A DNA stretch of 64,000 nt from an uncultured bacterium (GCA_913055745.1 CAJXJZ010000003.1:6664-70663); one strand, 5' to 3'. Counted from the stretch's first letter, positions 48,104-60,325 are shown. Numbers and translations are program-made. The notes: a model not told the origin generated them from the letters alone.

Positions 48104-49312
48104 TTACTCAACTATGTCTGTTACAATACCTGCACCAACTGTTTTTCCACCTTCACGAATAGCAAATCTTAGTTCTTTCTCAATAGCAACTGGTGCTATA
48201 AGTTCTACCTCAAGATTTACATGGTCACCAGGCATAACCATCTCTGTTCCTTCTGGCAATTTAATGCTACCCGTAACATCTGTTGTTCTGAAATAAAATT
48301 GTGGCCTATAATTATTGAAAAATGGTGTGTGTCTTCCACCTTCCTCTTTTGTAAGAACATAGACCTGAGCCCTAAATTTACGATGAGGGTTAATACTACC
48401 TGGCTTTGCAACAACCATGCCCCTCTCTACCTCATCCTTCTTCACACCACGAAGAAGAAGACCAACATTATCTCCAGGTAGCGCCTCATCAAGAACCTTT
48501 CTAAACATTTCTATAGAAGTCACTGTTGTTTTGAGTGGCCTCTCCCTGAATCCAATAATTTCAACCTCTTCTCCTGGCCTAAGCACTCCGCGCTCAACCC
48601 TACCAGTTACAACAGTACCACGACCTGTAATGGAGAATACATCTTCGATCGCCATGAGGAAAGGCTTGTCAACTTCCCTCTCTGGGTCAGGTATATAATT
48701 ATCCATTGCATCAAGAAGTTCAAATATAGGCTTTGTGGCTTCTTCATCATTTGGATTCTGTAGTGCCAAAAGGGCAGAACCCTTAATAATAGGTACATCA
48801 TCCCCAGGGAATTCATACTTATTAAGAAGGTCTCTTACCTCCATTTCAACAAGTTCAATGAGTTCCGGATCGTCCACAAGGTCTACCTTGTTTATAAAGA
48901 CCACTATGTAAGGCACATTAACCTGTCTTGCAAGGAGAACATGTTCTCTCGTCTGTGGCATAACACTATCAGGGGCAGAAACCACCAATATGGCACCATC
49001 CATCTGCGCTGCCCCTGAAATCATATTCTTGATATAATCGTGATGCCCTGGGCAGTCTATATGTGCATAATGCCTTTTCTCTGTTTCATACTCCACATGA
49101 GCAATATTCACTGTCAATATCTTTGTAGCATCCCTTCTGAATAGTTTTGCATCAGCCTTCGCCACCTGGTCATAGTCCATTTCCTCTGCAAGACCCTTTT
49201 GTGCAAGCACTTTAGTAATTGCTGCTGTAAGGGTCGTCTTACCATGGTCTACATGTCCTATGGTACCCACGTTTAGGTGTGGCTTTGTTCTTTCAAATTT
49301 TTGCTTTGCCAT
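48104..49312 (-). CDS. tuf: Elongation factor Tu (variant switch I)
   Basis: [35 protein letters not shown]. Confidence 0.98.
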   Translation of the reverse strand: MAKQKFERTKPHLNVGTIGHVDHGKTTLTAAITKVLAQKGLAEEMDYDQVAKADAKLFRRDATKILTVNIAHVEYETEKRHYAHIDCPGHHDYIKNMISGAAQMDGAILVVSAPDSVMPQTREHVLLARQVNVPYIVVFINKVDLVDDPELIELVEMEVRDLLNKYEFPGDDVPIIKGSALLALQNPNDEEATKPIFELLDAMDNYIPDPEREVDKPFLMAIEDVFSITGRGTVVTGRVERGVLRPGEEVEIIGFRERPLKTTVTSIEMFRKVLDEALPGDNVGLLLRGVKKDEVERGMVVAKPGSINPHRKFRAQVYVLTKEEGGRHTPFFNNYRPQFYFRTTDVTGSIKLPEGTEMVMPGDHVNLEVELIAPVAIEKELRFAIREGGKTVGAGIVTDIVE

Positions 49313-49324
49313 GATTTACCTCCA

Positions 49325-51376
49325 TCATATTTTGCTTATTTTTTCCTTTACTCTTTCAAAGTATGCAACCTTCATCCAAAAGTTTCCTCTCCCCTGAGTA
49401 AGCGACCTCAGGGTATTTGCATACCCTATCATTTTCTTTAAAGGGGCATACGCTCTTATATGGCTTATATATTCATTAACAGGAACCACTTCCTGCACCT
49501 CTCCACCTCTACTTGTTAAATCACCTATAACATTCCCGATAAACTCCTTGGGTGATATAATTTCAACAAAAACATAAGGCTCAAGCAAAACGGGCTCACC
49601 CTCTTTAAGGCCTCTTTCAATGCCACTTCTCAATGCAAGTTCATTTCCAAGCGGCGTAGTTTCATTGCCTCCAACAGAAACAATCTTAACTTCTATATCT
49701 ATTACTGGATAACCCATAACGGGTCCAAAAGCGAGGGACTCATTAACAACTTTTCTTAAATATTCTCGCTCTTCTACCTCTATATTTACATTAGAATCAT
49801 CTACCACTACACCGCTGCCTCTTTCAAGAGGAACCAGTTTAACTCTTGCAATACCAAACTCTCTACCTGTTGATAACTCTTTTTCAAAACGCTCCTCTAA
49901 TTCTACTTCCTTCGTTATTGTTTCCCTGTAAGACACCTGAGGTCTACCTGTTCTAACCTCCACACCAAAATCTTTTTTTAGTCTATCCTCAACAATTTCA
50001 AGGTGTAATTCTCCCATGCCGGTCATAACTAATTGACCTGTATCTTCGTCCTTCTTAACACCGAGCGTCGGGTCTTCTATTTCCAATAACCTTAGTGTTT
50101 GTTCCAGTTTGTCCAATTCACGCACATACCTGGGTTCAATATACTTTGAGACCACAGGCTCTGGGAACTGCATTCCCTTAAAAACTATAGGCTTTTTTAT
50201 GGAAGAAAGCGTATCACCAGTCTTTACATCTTTAATGCCTACAACACCTACAATTTCTCCTGCACGGGCCTCATAAATAGTTTTCTTTCTATTTGCATAC
50301 ATCTCATAAAGTCTCATAACGCGCTCTTCCTTCATCGTCCTTGTATTTAAAACCTTCTCATTCACACGGACACTTCCTGAGTAAACACGCATATAGGCAA
50401 GTGTTCCTGTATGTTTGTCCACTTGTATCTTGAATATCACAGCAGAGAAAGGCTCATTCTCCTCTCTTCTTCTTACCTCTACTTCTCCTGTAATAGGATT
50501 CTTCCCTTCAACTGGTGGCAAATCAAGCGGTGATGGTAAATATTCAACAATGGCATCCATAAGTGGTTGTATTCCAATATTTTTTTTAGCAGAACCAAGA
50601 AAAACAGGAAACATCTCCCCTTTTATAACGGCCTCTCTTACGGCTTTCTTTAGTCTTTTAGGCTCCACAAACCCTTTATCTGAATATTCATCCAGAATTT
50701 CTTCATCTTGTTCTGATGCCGCAAATACTATCTCCTCATATTTTTGCAACATTCCTTTGTCAAAATCTACATCCTCCACCTTGAAGGTTTCACCCGTCTG
50801 GTCTTCCTCTGTCCAAATGTATTTCTTTTTTTCTATTAAATCTACTACACCACGAAAAGCGCTCTCAGAACCAATAGGTACTTCAAAAAGTATAGCTCGT
50901 GTGCTAAGTCTTTTGTGGACAGATTCAAGAGATTTTTGGGCGTCGGCTGCTGTTTTATCCATTTTGTTAAAGAAAATCAAACGAGGTATCTTGTACCGTT
51001 CTGCCTGGTGCCAAACTGTTTCAGACTGAGGCTCAACTCCACTTGAGGCATCAAAGATAACTATAAGACCATCAAGTATCCGAAGGGACCTTTCAACTTC
51101 AGCAGTAAAATCAACATGACCAGGTGTATCTATTATATTAAACTGATGTCCTTTCCAGAAAGTTGTAACAGCAGCACTTACTATAGTAATACCTCTCTCC
51201 TTTTCCTGCTCCATCCAATCTGTTGTTGCAGAGCCCTCATCAACTTCACCAATCCTGTGAATCTTTTTAGAATAAAAAAGTACCCTCTCTGTTGTTGTAG
51301 TTTTTCCAGCATCAATATGTGCTGCAAAACCTATATTCCTTATTTTTTCTATATCCAGAGAGGGGCTGTTCTTCAT
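49325..51376 (-). CDS. fusA: Elongation factor G (divergent domain IV)
   Basis: [46 protein letters not shown]; str-operon position. Confidence 0.92.
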   Translation of the reverse strand: MKNSPSLDIEKIRNIGFAAHIDAGKTTTTERVLFYSKKIHRIGEVDEGSATTDWMEQEKERGITIVSAAVTTFWKGHQFNIIDTPGHVDFTAEVERSLRILDGLIVIFDASSGVEPQSETVWHQAERYKIPRLIFFNKMDKTAADAQKSLESVHKRLSTRAILFEVPIGSESAFRGVVDLIEKKKYIWTEEDQTGETFKVEDVDFDKGMLQKYEEIVFAASEQDEEILDEYSDKGFVEPKRLKKAVREAVIKGEMFPVFLGSAKKNIGIQPLMDAIVEYLPSPLDLPPVEGKNPITGEVEVRRREENEPFSAVIFKIQVDKHTGTLAYMRVYSGSVRVNEKVLNTRTMKEERVMRLYEMYANRKKTIYEARAGEIVGVVGIKDVKTGDTLSSIKKPIVFKGMQFPEPVVSKYIEPRYVRELDKLEQTLRLLEIEDPTLGVKKDEDTGQLVMTGMGELHLEIVEDRLKKDFGVEVRTGRPQVSYRETITKEVELEERFEKELSTGREFGIARVKLVPLERGSGVVVDDSNVNIEVEEREYLRKVVNESLAFGPVMGYPVIDIEVKIVSVGGNETTPLGNELALRSGIERGLKEGEPVLLEPYVFVEIISPKEFIGNVIGDLTSRGGEVQEVVPVNEYISHIRAYAPLKKMIGYANTLRSLTQGRGNFWMKVAYFERVKEKISKI

Positions 51377-51379
51377 TTT

Positions 51380-51850
<471 letters not shown>

Positions 51851-51858
51851 CTACCTCC

Positions 51859-52233
51859 TCAACCCTTTGGTTTTTTGGTTCCGTAAAGTGACCTTGAATT
51901 CCTTCTACCTTCAACACCCGCTGTATCAAGTGCACCTCTTATGATATGGTACTTCACACCTGGAAGGTCTTTTACCCTACCACCTCTTACTAAAACATTA
52001 GAGTGCTCTTGAAGATTGTGTCCCTCTCCTGGTATGTATGCAACCACTTCTTTTCCATTAGAAAGTCTAACTTTAGCAACTTTTCTTAACGCAGAATTCG
52101 GCTTCTTAGGTGTAGTAGTATACACCCTTATACAAACTCCCCTTTTTTGAGGATTGCCCATAAGGGCAGGAGACTTCGATTTTTTAACCTTCTCTTTCCT
52201 TGGCTTACGTACCAATTGATTTATAGTTGGCAT
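51859..52233 (-). CDS. rpsL: 30S ribosomal protein S12
   Basis: [29 protein letters not shown]. Confidence 0.99.
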   Translation of the reverse strand: MPTINQLVRKPRKEKVKKSKSPALMGNPQKRGVCIRVYTTTPKKPNSALRKVAKVRLSNGKEVVAYIPGEGHNLQEHSNVLVRGGRVKDLPGVKYHIIRGALDTAGVEGRRNSRSLYGTKKPKG

Positions 52234-52264
52234 ATACTCCTCCTCTCTGCTTTACAGGAACAAT

Positions 52265-52293
52265 ATGATAAACCAAAACTCTTGTTATGTCAA
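52265..52293 (-). promoter_or_regulatory. sigma70 promoter for str/S10/spc
   Basis: TTGACA-17-TATCAT. Confidence 0.7.
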
Positions 52294-52330
52294 ACAGTTA
52301 GAACTATTTAAGAAAAACCTTATACAACCT

Positions 52331-55300
52331 TTAAAGATTCTCCTCCATATCTTCCTGTGTTTTCCTTCTCTCTTCTTCTTCCATTATCTCCTCAACGAGT
52401 TTAAGGTCTCTGTACTCCTTCAACCCCGTGCCAGCAGGAATCAGGTTACCTATTATAACATTTTCTTTTAATCCACGGAGCTTATCTTTTCTCCCTTCTA
52501 TAGCAGACATCGCAAGAACCTTGGTAGTCTCCTGGAATGAAGCGGCTGCAAGAAAACTGTCTGTTTTTAAAGATGCTCTTGTGATACCTAAAAGTACAGG
52601 CTTGTACTTCGCAGGCTCACCACCTCTTCTCTCTGTCTCAGTGTTAATTTCTTTAATAACAGAAAGGTCAACTATGTCTCCTACAATAAGTCTGGTATCT
52701 CCAGGGTTTTGAACCTGTACTTTATTCATCATCTGTTTCACAATAATCTCAATATGTCTATCATCAATCTTGACACCAGAAAGCCTGTAAACTTCTTGTA
52801 TCTTATCAAGTAAAAACTCTTGGACATGTTCTTTCCCCTTTACCTTTAGGAGATCATGCGGATCAATAGGCCCTGTTGTTATGGGATCACCCGCTTCAAC
52901 ATATTCTCCGTCATTTACAAGGAAATACTTACCAAAAGGTACATTGTAAGCTCTTGTCTCACCACTTTCAGATGAAATTGTAACTCTCAACAGACCTCTT
53001 TTTCCTCTACTTATAGAAACCCTTCCACTAATTTCGGCAATAAGCGCCTTCTCCTTTGGGGACCTTGCTTCAAACAACTGTTCAACCCGTGGAAGACCAC
53101 CTGTAATATCCCTCGTTTTTCCTGCTTCCCTTGGCACTCTAGCCACGATATCACCTGGCTCAACTATATCTCCATCATTTACTGCAAGACGAGCCTCCCT
53201 TACGAGATTTATCTCTTCAAGAATCTCTTCTTCGTTGTCAGGATTTACAATATGCAGTCTTGGGTAGTATCTCTTATACCTGTCCAATTCTATCATGCTT
53301 TCTACTTTATCCTCTTCCATAAGTTCCTTTACAGTAACGCCCTGTACAATATCCACGAATTTAACCTTTCCTTTCTTTGTTGCTAAGATGAGTAAACTAT
53401 ATGGCTCCCATTCAAAGATAATATCACCTTTCTTAACCCTATCACCTTCGCCAAAATATATGATTGAACCATACTCCACATTATAAATCTTTTTTCTCTT
53501 TCCATCTTGGGAGATAAGAACAATTTTTCCACGTTTTGAAAGTGCTACATATTCTTTTTTATCTTTTTCATTCTTTTGAGCCACATCAAGAGCATGATAC
53601 TCAATTTTACCATCAAAAGGCGCCCTAACCCTTGATTCCTCTGCGATTCTCTCTGCAGCTCCACCAGTGTGGAATGTTCTAAGTGTAAGCTGGGTCCCAG
53701 GTTCTCCAATAGACTGTGCTGCAACTACACCAACGGCTTCGCCAATTTCGACCATTTTACCAGTTGCAAGGTTTCTTCCATAGCACTTTGCACATACTCC
53801 ATTTTTTGCCTCACAGTACAAAACTGACCGTACATAAACCTCTTCAATGCCCGCCTCTTCTATTTTCTTTGCGGCATCTTCTGTAATCTCCTCTCCTTCT
53901 CGAACAATAATTTCACCTGTTTCAGGATGTTCAATGTCGTCAAGAGCAACGCGTCCTACTATTCTTTCACTGAGTGGCTCTACTATTGCCTCTCCATCCT
54001 TTAGTGCCGTTATCTTTCTACCTGTTATTGTACCACAATCATCCTCTGTCACTACTACAGATTGCGCTACATCAACAAGCCTCCTCGTAAGATGCCCTGC
54101 ATTTGCAGTTTTAAGTGCTGTATCCGAGAGACCTTTTCTTGCACCGTGAGTTGAGATAAAGTATTCTAACACTTTAAGACCATCCTTAAAGTTGGAAATT
54201 ACCGGCGTCTCAATGAGTTCTCCAAGACTCTCACCAGATTTTTTGGGCCTTGCCATAAGCCCTCTCATACCTGCAAGCTGTTTCACCTGGTCCACATTAC
54301 CTCTAGCTCCAGAGTTCACCATCATATAAATAGGATTAAATCCTTGTTTGTCCTTCGCCATTTCTTCCATCATTCTATCTTTTATATCATCAGCCGCCCT
54401 TGTCCAAACATCAAGTATCTTCTGGTACCTCTCTACGCGGGAAATCATCTGTCTGTTAAAAGCCCTCTCCACTTTTGCAATCTCTTGTAACGCTTCATCT
54501 ATTATTTCCTTTTTATCCTCTGGAACTATGAGGTCATCAATACCAAAGGTAACTCCAGAAAGGGTTGAATACAAAAACCCTAAGTTTTTCATATCATCAA
54601 GGAAAATGGCTGTCCTTTTGATACCAAAGCGTTTAAAGGATTCTGCTGTAATAGCCTGTAAAGACTTCTTCTCAAGTTCCTTATTATAAAAGCGCATCTC
54701 CTCTGGAACTATTTCATTAAACACAACACGGCCAGGTGTAGTATCAATGATCTCCCCATTCCAATATAGTTTAATTTTCGCATGAAGATCCACAGTTTTT
54801 TCATTCAATGCCATAAAGACTTCTTCTGCAGAGGAAAAATACCGCCCCTCTCCCTTGGCTCCATCTTTGGCCTTTGTTAGATAATTGAGTCCTATAACCA
54901 TGTCTTTTGTAGGAGAAGCAAGAGGTCTGCCATTGGCTGGGGATAGGATATTATTAGGAGCAAGCATTAGAGTCTGTGCCTCTGTTTGGGCTTCTAAGGA
55001 TGTTGGAACATATACTGCCATCTGGTCCCCATCAAAGTCCGCATTATAGGCATTACACACAAGTGGGTGCAGTCTTATCGCCTTCCCCTCGACGAGAACT
55101 GGCTCAAAGGCTTGAATTGAAACCCTGTGAAGGGTTGGAGCCCTGTTCAAAAGCACAGGGTACTGCCGCGTTATCTCTTCAAGCAATCTCCATACACGCT
55201 CGTCTTTCTCCTGAAGCAGTTTCCTCGCCTGCCTGATAGAATCTGCAACACCTGATTCTTCAAGTTTGTGCTCTACCATGGGCTTAAATAGTTCTATAAC

Positions 55301-56416
55301 CATCTCTTTGGGAAGACCGACTTGATTGAGTTTTAGTTCTGGCCCAACAACGATAACAGAACGGCCCGAATAGTCAACACGCTTACCTAAAAGATTTCTC
55401 CTCAAAAGTCCTTTTTTACCCCTTAAAGCGTCGGAAAGAGATTTAAGTTTTCTTCCACCTCTCCCTACAACAGGCCTACGCCTTCTTGAATTATCAAGTA
55501 ACGCATCAACAGCCTCTTGCAGCATTCTCATCTCGTTTCTGAGTATGATCTGTGGTGCATTAAGCGCCTTAAGGTTCTTTAATCTATTATTCCTTGTTAT
55601 AACCCTTCTATAGAGATTATTAAGATCACTTGTAGCAAACCTCCCCCCCTCCAAAGGAACAAGAGGTCTTAAATCTGGTGGAATTACAGGAATTACATTT
55701 AGAATCATCCACTCAGGTCTATTCCCAGAATTCAAAAACGCCTCAACTATGCGTATCTTCTTAAGCAGTTTACTCTTAATAAATAAGGATTTTTCTGTTT
55801 TTATCTTCGCCTTTAATTCTGCTGAAAGTTTTTCAAGATTCAGTGATTTTAAAATCTTTTCGATGGGTCTTGCGCCCATTTCAGCCTCAAAATAGAGATT
55901 TTTGCCCTCTTTGACCCTTCTTGTATATTCTTCATACTCTCTCTCTGTAAGGACCTGTCCCACTACAAGTTCATCCTGGAACGTTCCTGGATCTGTAACT
56001 ATATATGCGTCATAATAGAGTACCTGCTCAAGTTCTCTTATACTAAGGTCCAATAGTGTGCCCATAATAGAAGGCGGTACCTTATAATACCATATATGAG
56101 CAACCGGTACCTCAAGTTCAATATGCCCCATCCGCTCTCTTCTTACATGCGATGTAGTTACTTCTACTCCACATCTATCACAGATAATACCCTTGTATCT
56201 CTTTCCTTTGTATTTACCACAAGCACACTCGTAGTCCTTTACAGGTCCAAAAATCCTCTCACAGAAAAGACCATCACTCTCAGGTTTCTGGGTTCTATAA
56301 TTGATGGTTTCTGCCTTCTTGACTTCCCCATAAGACCAACTTCTTATAACCTCAGGGGAAGCCAGTTTGAGTTGTATAGCAACAATATCCTTTGGCCCAG
56401 TTTTAATCTTTGCCAT
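52331..56416 (-). CDS. rpoC: RNA polymerase beta' subunit
   Basis: GLFCERIFGP, GKRVDYSGR, NADFDGDQM, GEPGTQLTLRTFH. Confidence 0.99.
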   Translation of the reverse strand: MAKIKTGPKDIVAIQLKLASPEVIRSWSYGEVKKAETINYRTQKPESDGLFCERIFGPVKDYECACGKYKGKRYKGIICDRCGVEVTTSHVRRERMGHIELEVPVAHIWYYKVPPSIMGTLLDLSIRELEQVLYYDAYIVTDPGTFQDELVVGQVLTEREYEEYTRRVKEGKNLYFEAEMGARPIEKILKSLNLEKLSAELKAKIKTEKSLFIKSKLLKKIRIVEAFLNSGNRPEWMILNVIPVIPPDLRPLVPLEGGRFATSDLNNLYRRVITRNNRLKNLKALNAPQIILRNEMRMLQEAVDALLDNSRRRRPVVGRGGRKLKSLSDALRGKKGLLRRNLLGKRVDYSGRSVIVVGPELKLNQVGLPKEMVIELFKPMVEHKLEESGVADSIRQARKLLQEKDERVWRLLEEITRQYPVLLNRAPTLHRVSIQAFEPVLVEGKAIRLHPLVCNAYNADFDGDQMAVYVPTSLEAQTEAQTLMLAPNNILSPANGRPLASPTKDMVIGLNYLTKAKDGAKGEGRYFSSAEEVFMALNEKTVDLHAKIKLYWNGEIIDTTPGRVVFNEIVPEEMRFYNKELEKKSLQAITAESFKRFGIKRTAIFLDDMKNLGFLYSTLSGVTFGIDDLIVPEDKKEIIDEALQEIAKVERAFNRQMISRVERYQKILDVWTRAADDIKDRMMEEMAKDKQGFNPIYMMVNSGARGNVDQVKQLAGMRGLMARPKKSGESLGELIETPVISNFKDGLKVLEYFISTHGARKGLSDTALKTANAGHLTRRLVDVAQSVVVTEDDCGTITGRKITALKDGEAIVEPLSERIVGRVALDDIEHPETGEIIVREGEEITEDAAKKIEEAGIEEVYVRSVLYCEAKNGVCAKCYGRNLATGKMVEIGEAVGVVAAQSIGEPGTQLTLRTFHTGGAAERIAEESRVRAPFDGKIEYHALDVAQKNEKDKKEYVALSKRGKIVLISQDGKRKKIYNVEYGSIIYFGEGDRVKKGDIIFEWEPYSLLILATKKGKVKFVDIVQGVTVKELMEEDKVESMIELDRYKRYYPRLHIVNPDNEEEILEEINLVREARLAVNDGDIVEPGDIVARVPREAGKTRDITGGLPRVEQLFEARSPKEKALIAEISGRVSISRGKRGLLRVTISSESGETRAYNVPFGKYFLVNDGEYVEAGDPITTGPIDPHDLLKVKGKEHVQEFLLDKIQEVYRLSGVKIDDRHIEIIVKQMMNKVQVQNPGDTRLIVGDIVDLSVIKEINTETERRGGEPAKYKPVLLGITRASLKTDSFLAAASFQETTKVLAMSAIEGRKDKLRGLKENVIIGNLIPAGTGLKEYRDLKLVEEIMEEEERRKTQEDMEENL

Positions 56417-56420
56417 TAAA

Positions 56421-59400
56421 TTACCCCTCTGTTTCTAAAATTACATCAAGTCCAAGTCCCCTCAAATGCTTTAAAAGAACCTCAAATGATGCTGGTATTC
56501 CAGGCTCTGGGGGCTCTTCTCCTTTAATTAGGGCTTGATAGAGTTTATTCCTTCCTCTTTCATCATCAGACTTATAGGTTAGCATCTCCTGCAAGGTGTA
56601 TGCTGCACCATAACCCTCAAGGGCCCATACTTCCATTTCTCCGAACCTCTGCCCACCAAAATGGGCTTTACCACCCACTGGTTGCTGAGTTATAAGCGAA
56701 TACGGTCCTATCGCCCTTGCATGCACCTTGTCCTCAACCATATGAATAAGTTTTAGCATATACATATAGCCAACAGTTACATCTGAATCAAAATACTCAC
56801 CAGTCTTACCATCTCTTAAACGTGTTTTACCGTTTTCAGGCAAGCCAGCCTTCAAAAGTTCTTTTCTAACATCTTCTATTGTATATCCCTCAAACACAGG
56901 AACCGCGTAATAAATCCCTTGCTCTTTTCCTGCCCAACCAAGAATGGTCTCCAAAATCTGCCCCACATTCATACGGGATGGCACGCCGAGAGGATTAAGT
57001 ACTATGTCAACAGGGGTTCCATCATCAAGAAACGGCATATCTTCCCGGGGTGCTATCTTTGCAACAATGCCTTTATTTCCATGCCTTCCAGAGAGTTTAT
57101 CCCCCACCTGAAGTTTCCTCTTTTGTGCTACGTAAACCTTTATGAGTTGCCTCACTCCAAGCGGAAGTTCATCGCCTCTTTCAATCTCCTCAAGTTCATA
57201 ATCCAGTTTTTCTTCTATTTGATTGACAACCTTACGAGCCTCTTCCATATAAAATCTTACTTTTTCCTCCTTCTCCTCATCTTCCACTATTCTCTTACCG
57301 AAGTGAAGCCTAAGGGGGTCATGTTTGTAGAACTCTTCACCCTTTATAGTTTCACCCTTCTTGAATATAACCTTGTTGGCTTTCCCTGTAATATCAGACT
57401 GTGCAACCTCCCCATCAAGGAGTTTAGAGAGCACCTCCCTTAACCTTGATTTTAGGACTCTCTTGAGAGTATCGGCACTTTCTTCTGCTCGCCTTTTTCG
57501 CTCCCTCAGCATTCTAAGAGAAAGGGGGTCATCCTTCTTTCGCGAAAGGACAACAACATCAACTACAACACCCTCAACACTCGGGGGTACCCTCTTTGAT
57601 GTATCTCTAACCTCTTTAGCCTGTTCAGAAAATATTGCGTAAATCAATCTCTCTTCAGGAGAAAGTTCTTTCTCTCCCTTTGGACTGACTTTACCTACAA
57701 GTATATCATCTGGTTTTACATATGTGCCTATGCGGACTATACCATTTACATCAAGATTCTTAAGTGCCTCCTGCGGCACATTTGGCAAGTCTCTTGTAAC
57801 CTCTTCAGGACCTAATTTGGTCTCTCTTACTTCAACCTCAAATTCCAATATATGAATTGATGTAAAAGTGTCCCTCTTTAAAAGATCCTCAGAAAGGATA
57901 ATAGCATCTTCGTAGTTATAGCCATACCAAGGTAAAAATGCGACAAGCAAATTCTTGCCAAGAGATAATTCTCCCATCCGTGTGGAAGAACTATCTGCAA
58001 TTACTTCACCTTTTTTAACTTTTTGACCAGGTTTAACAATGGGCCTTTGGTGAATAACAGTGTTTTGATTTGATTTTTTAAAGTTGATAAGTTCGTAAAT
58101 GTCTACCCCTTCCTCAAGCAAATGCTTTCTCTTTCTCGTTTTTGGCTCTATAACAATCCTCGTTGCATCAACTTCTTTCACTACTCCAGCGTTCTTGGCT
58201 ACTACAACAGCGCCTGAATCATAGGCTATCTTTGTCTCCATACCAGTTCCAACAATTGGTGGTTCTGGCTCAAGAAGAGGAACAGCTTGTCTCTGCATGT
58301 TACACCCCATAAGCGCCCTGTTCGCGTCATCGTGAGCAAGGAATGGGATCAAAGAGGCTGATGGCGAAACAAGTTGTCTTGGGGAAACATCTATAAAGTC
58401 CACCTCATTTGCCTTTACCAGAGGATATTGCCCTTGATACCTTACCCATACATCTTCTACAAGTATTTTCCCTGTTTTAGGGTCTACTGGGGTATCAGCA
58501 GGAGCAATCTTATAGTCCCGCTCCTTGCTGGAGGTCATCTCAAGAACTTCATCCCAAATAACATATCCATCCTTGACTCTTCTCAGAGGTGTGGTTATAA
58601 AACCATATTTATCTATTTTTGCATAGGTGGTAAGTGAAGTTATAAGACCGATATTTTGACCTTCTGGTGTTTCTATTGGACAAAGACGACCAAAATGGGA
58701 GGGGTGTACATCTCTAACCTCAAACCCTGCAGTTTCCCTCGTTAAACCACCTTTTCCAAGAGCTGATAACCTCCTCTTATGCGTGAGTTCAGATAAGGGA
58801 TTATTCTGATCAAGGAACTGTGAAAGTCTTTCACTGGTGAAATAAGCGATTAAACTGGATGTGACAAGTCTTGGGTTTACCAACTTCTTAGGTGTAAGAT
58901 TTTGATCCCTATCAAGTAGCATCCTTTCACGAACAACCCTTACAAGCCTCCCGAATGCTATTTTAAACTGTTCGTATAGTAATTCTCCAACACGCCTTAC
59001 CCTTCTATTTGAAAGGTCATCAAGATCATCTTCTTTCTCTTTTCCCCTATAAAAGTCTATGAGATGTTTTACAATGGCAATAAGATCGTCTTCAGTAAGC
59101 GTATCAACATCTGCATCTATTTTAAGATCAAGGCGAGTGTTGATCTTAAATCTTCCCACTTCACCAAGCAAGAATCTCTTAGGATCAAAGAAAACGCTCT
59201 TTACATATTCAACTGCTTCCTTTCTATCTTCAGGGGGTGGGGTATATCTCAATGTTCTATAAACATTTCCTATAGCACCATCCTCATCCTTTATTCTATC
59301 CTGTTTATATGTTGAGTAAATAATATCACAGGATTCCTCCTTTAAATCACCTATAGCAACCTTTTCATAACCAAGTTCCATAAGACGGGAAGGTGTAATT

Positions 59401-60221
59401 TCAGAAATCTCAAATGGTGCTTCCTTTTCTACTATACCCGTACTTTTATCTATTATATCATCAAGAACAATATACCTTGGTTTGCCATCTTCAAGTTTAT
59501 CTTCTATAAACTTATCCAGTTCTTTAACACTAACTTCTTTATAATCAATAAGTTTTTTGAATACTTCTGACATTGAAACATCACGGAGATTACCCTTGTC
59601 ATCAAGTTTTTCAAGGACACGTATGAGCCTAGTTATAGGAATCTTTCTTCGTTTTGATACAGTTACAGTAAAATTCTTTGCACCATCTATAGTAAATTCA
59701 ACCCAAGGCCCTCTATAGGGTACAAGCAACGCTTTATAAGCAGGAACACCCTTAGTATCAATTGTCAAATACACCCCAGGAGAACGGTGCAATTGGCTTA
59801 CAATAACTCTTTCTACACCATTAATAATAAAAGTCCCCCTTTCTGTCATGTAAGGGACTTCACACATATAAACCTTCTGTGTTATCTGTTCCTTAAACTC
59901 TCCAGACTCTTCATCCTTTTTCAGTAGCCGCAAGTTAGCCCAAAGAGGAACAGAATAAGTTAAACTTTTTTCTATAGCCTCCTTAACACTAAATTTTGGT
60001 CTGCCAACTTCATAATCCACATATTCCAGTATGTATCTTTTATTAACATCCTCTACAGGAAAACTCTCCTTAAATACACCATGAAGACTCCTTTTTCCCC
60101 TCTTATCAGGTTCTACGTCCTCGGCTAAGAACTCCCTAAAGGACTCAAATTGAACAATGAGGAGATTAGGCATCTCATAAGTCTCAGGTTTATAACCTTT
60201 TCGTTTAATTTTACCTACCAA
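56421..60221 (-). CDS. rpoB: RNA polymerase beta subunit
   Basis: INGVERVIVSQ, DQNNPLSELTHKRR, GDKLSGRHGNKG, GQRFGEMEVWA. Confidence 0.99.
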   Translation of the reverse strand: MVGKIKRKGYKPETYEMPNLLIVQFESFREFLAEDVEPDKRGKRSLHGVFKESFPVEDVNKRYILEYVDYEVGRPKFSVKEAIEKSLTYSVPLWANLRLLKKDEESGEFKEQITQKVYMCEVPYMTERGTFIINGVERVIVSQLHRSPGVYLTIDTKGVPAYKALLVPYRGPWVEFTIDGAKNFTVTVSKRRKIPITRLIRVLEKLDDKGNLRDVSMSEVFKKLIDYKEVSVKELDKFIEDKLEDGKPRYIVLDDIIDKSTGIVEKEAPFEISEITPSRLMELGYEKVAIGDLKEESCDIIYSTYKQDRIKDEDGAIGNVYRTLRYTPPPEDRKEAVEYVKSVFFDPKRFLLGEVGRFKINTRLDLKIDADVDTLTEDDLIAIVKHLIDFYRGKEKEDDLDDLSNRRVRRVGELLYEQFKIAFGRLVRVVRERMLLDRDQNLTPKKLVNPRLVTSSLIAYFTSERLSQFLDQNNPLSELTHKRRLSALGKGGLTRETAGFEVRDVHPSHFGRLCPIETPEGQNIGLITSLTTYAKIDKYGFITTPLRRVKDGYVIWDEVLEMTSSKERDYKIAPADTPVDPKTGKILVEDVWVRYQGQYPLVKANEVDFIDVSPRQLVSPSASLIPFLAHDDANRALMGCNMQRQAVPLLEPEPPIVGTGMETKIAYDSGAVVVAKNAGVVKEVDATRIVIEPKTRKRKHLLEEGVDIYELINFKKSNQNTVIHQRPIVKPGQKVKKGEVIADSSSTRMGELSLGKNLLVAFLPWYGYNYEDAIILSEDLLKRDTFTSIHILEFEVEVRETKLGPEEVTRDLPNVPQEALKNLDVNGIVRIGTYVKPDDILVGKVSPKGEKELSPEERLIYAIFSEQAKEVRDTSKRVPPSVEGVVVDVVVLSRKKDDPLSLRMLRERKRRAEESADTLKRVLKSRLREVLSKLLDGEVAQSDITGKANKVIFKKGETIKGEEFYKHDPLRLHFGKRIVEDEEKEEKVRFYMEEARKVVNQIEEKLDYELEEIERGDELPLGVRQLIKVYVAQKRKLQVGDKLSGRHGNKGIVAKIAPREDMPFLDDGTPVDIVLNPLGVPSRMNVGQILETILGWAGKEQGIYYAVPVFEGYTIEDVRKELLKAGLPENGKTRLRDGKTGEYFDSDVTVGYMYMLKLIHMVEDKVHARAIGPYSLITQQPVGGKAHFGGQRFGEMEVWALEGYGAAYTLQEMLTYKSDDERGRNKLYQALIKGEEPPEPGIPASFEVLLKHLRGLGLDVILETEG

Positions 60222-60266
60222 AATTACACCTCCTTGCGGTGTATCAACTTAATAAAATAGAATACA

Positions 60267-60296
60267 CCCACAGTTAAATAAACTGTGGGCTTTTTT
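60267..60296. terminator. Hairpin between rplL and rpoB (possible attenuator)
   Basis: CCCACAGTT-aaata-AACTGTGGG; T6 tract is on the plus strand, weaker U-rich tail on the transcribed minus strand. Confidence 0.5.
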
Positions 60297-60325
60297 CTAT
60301 ATTTTGATATCAAATGTGGCTTTTT

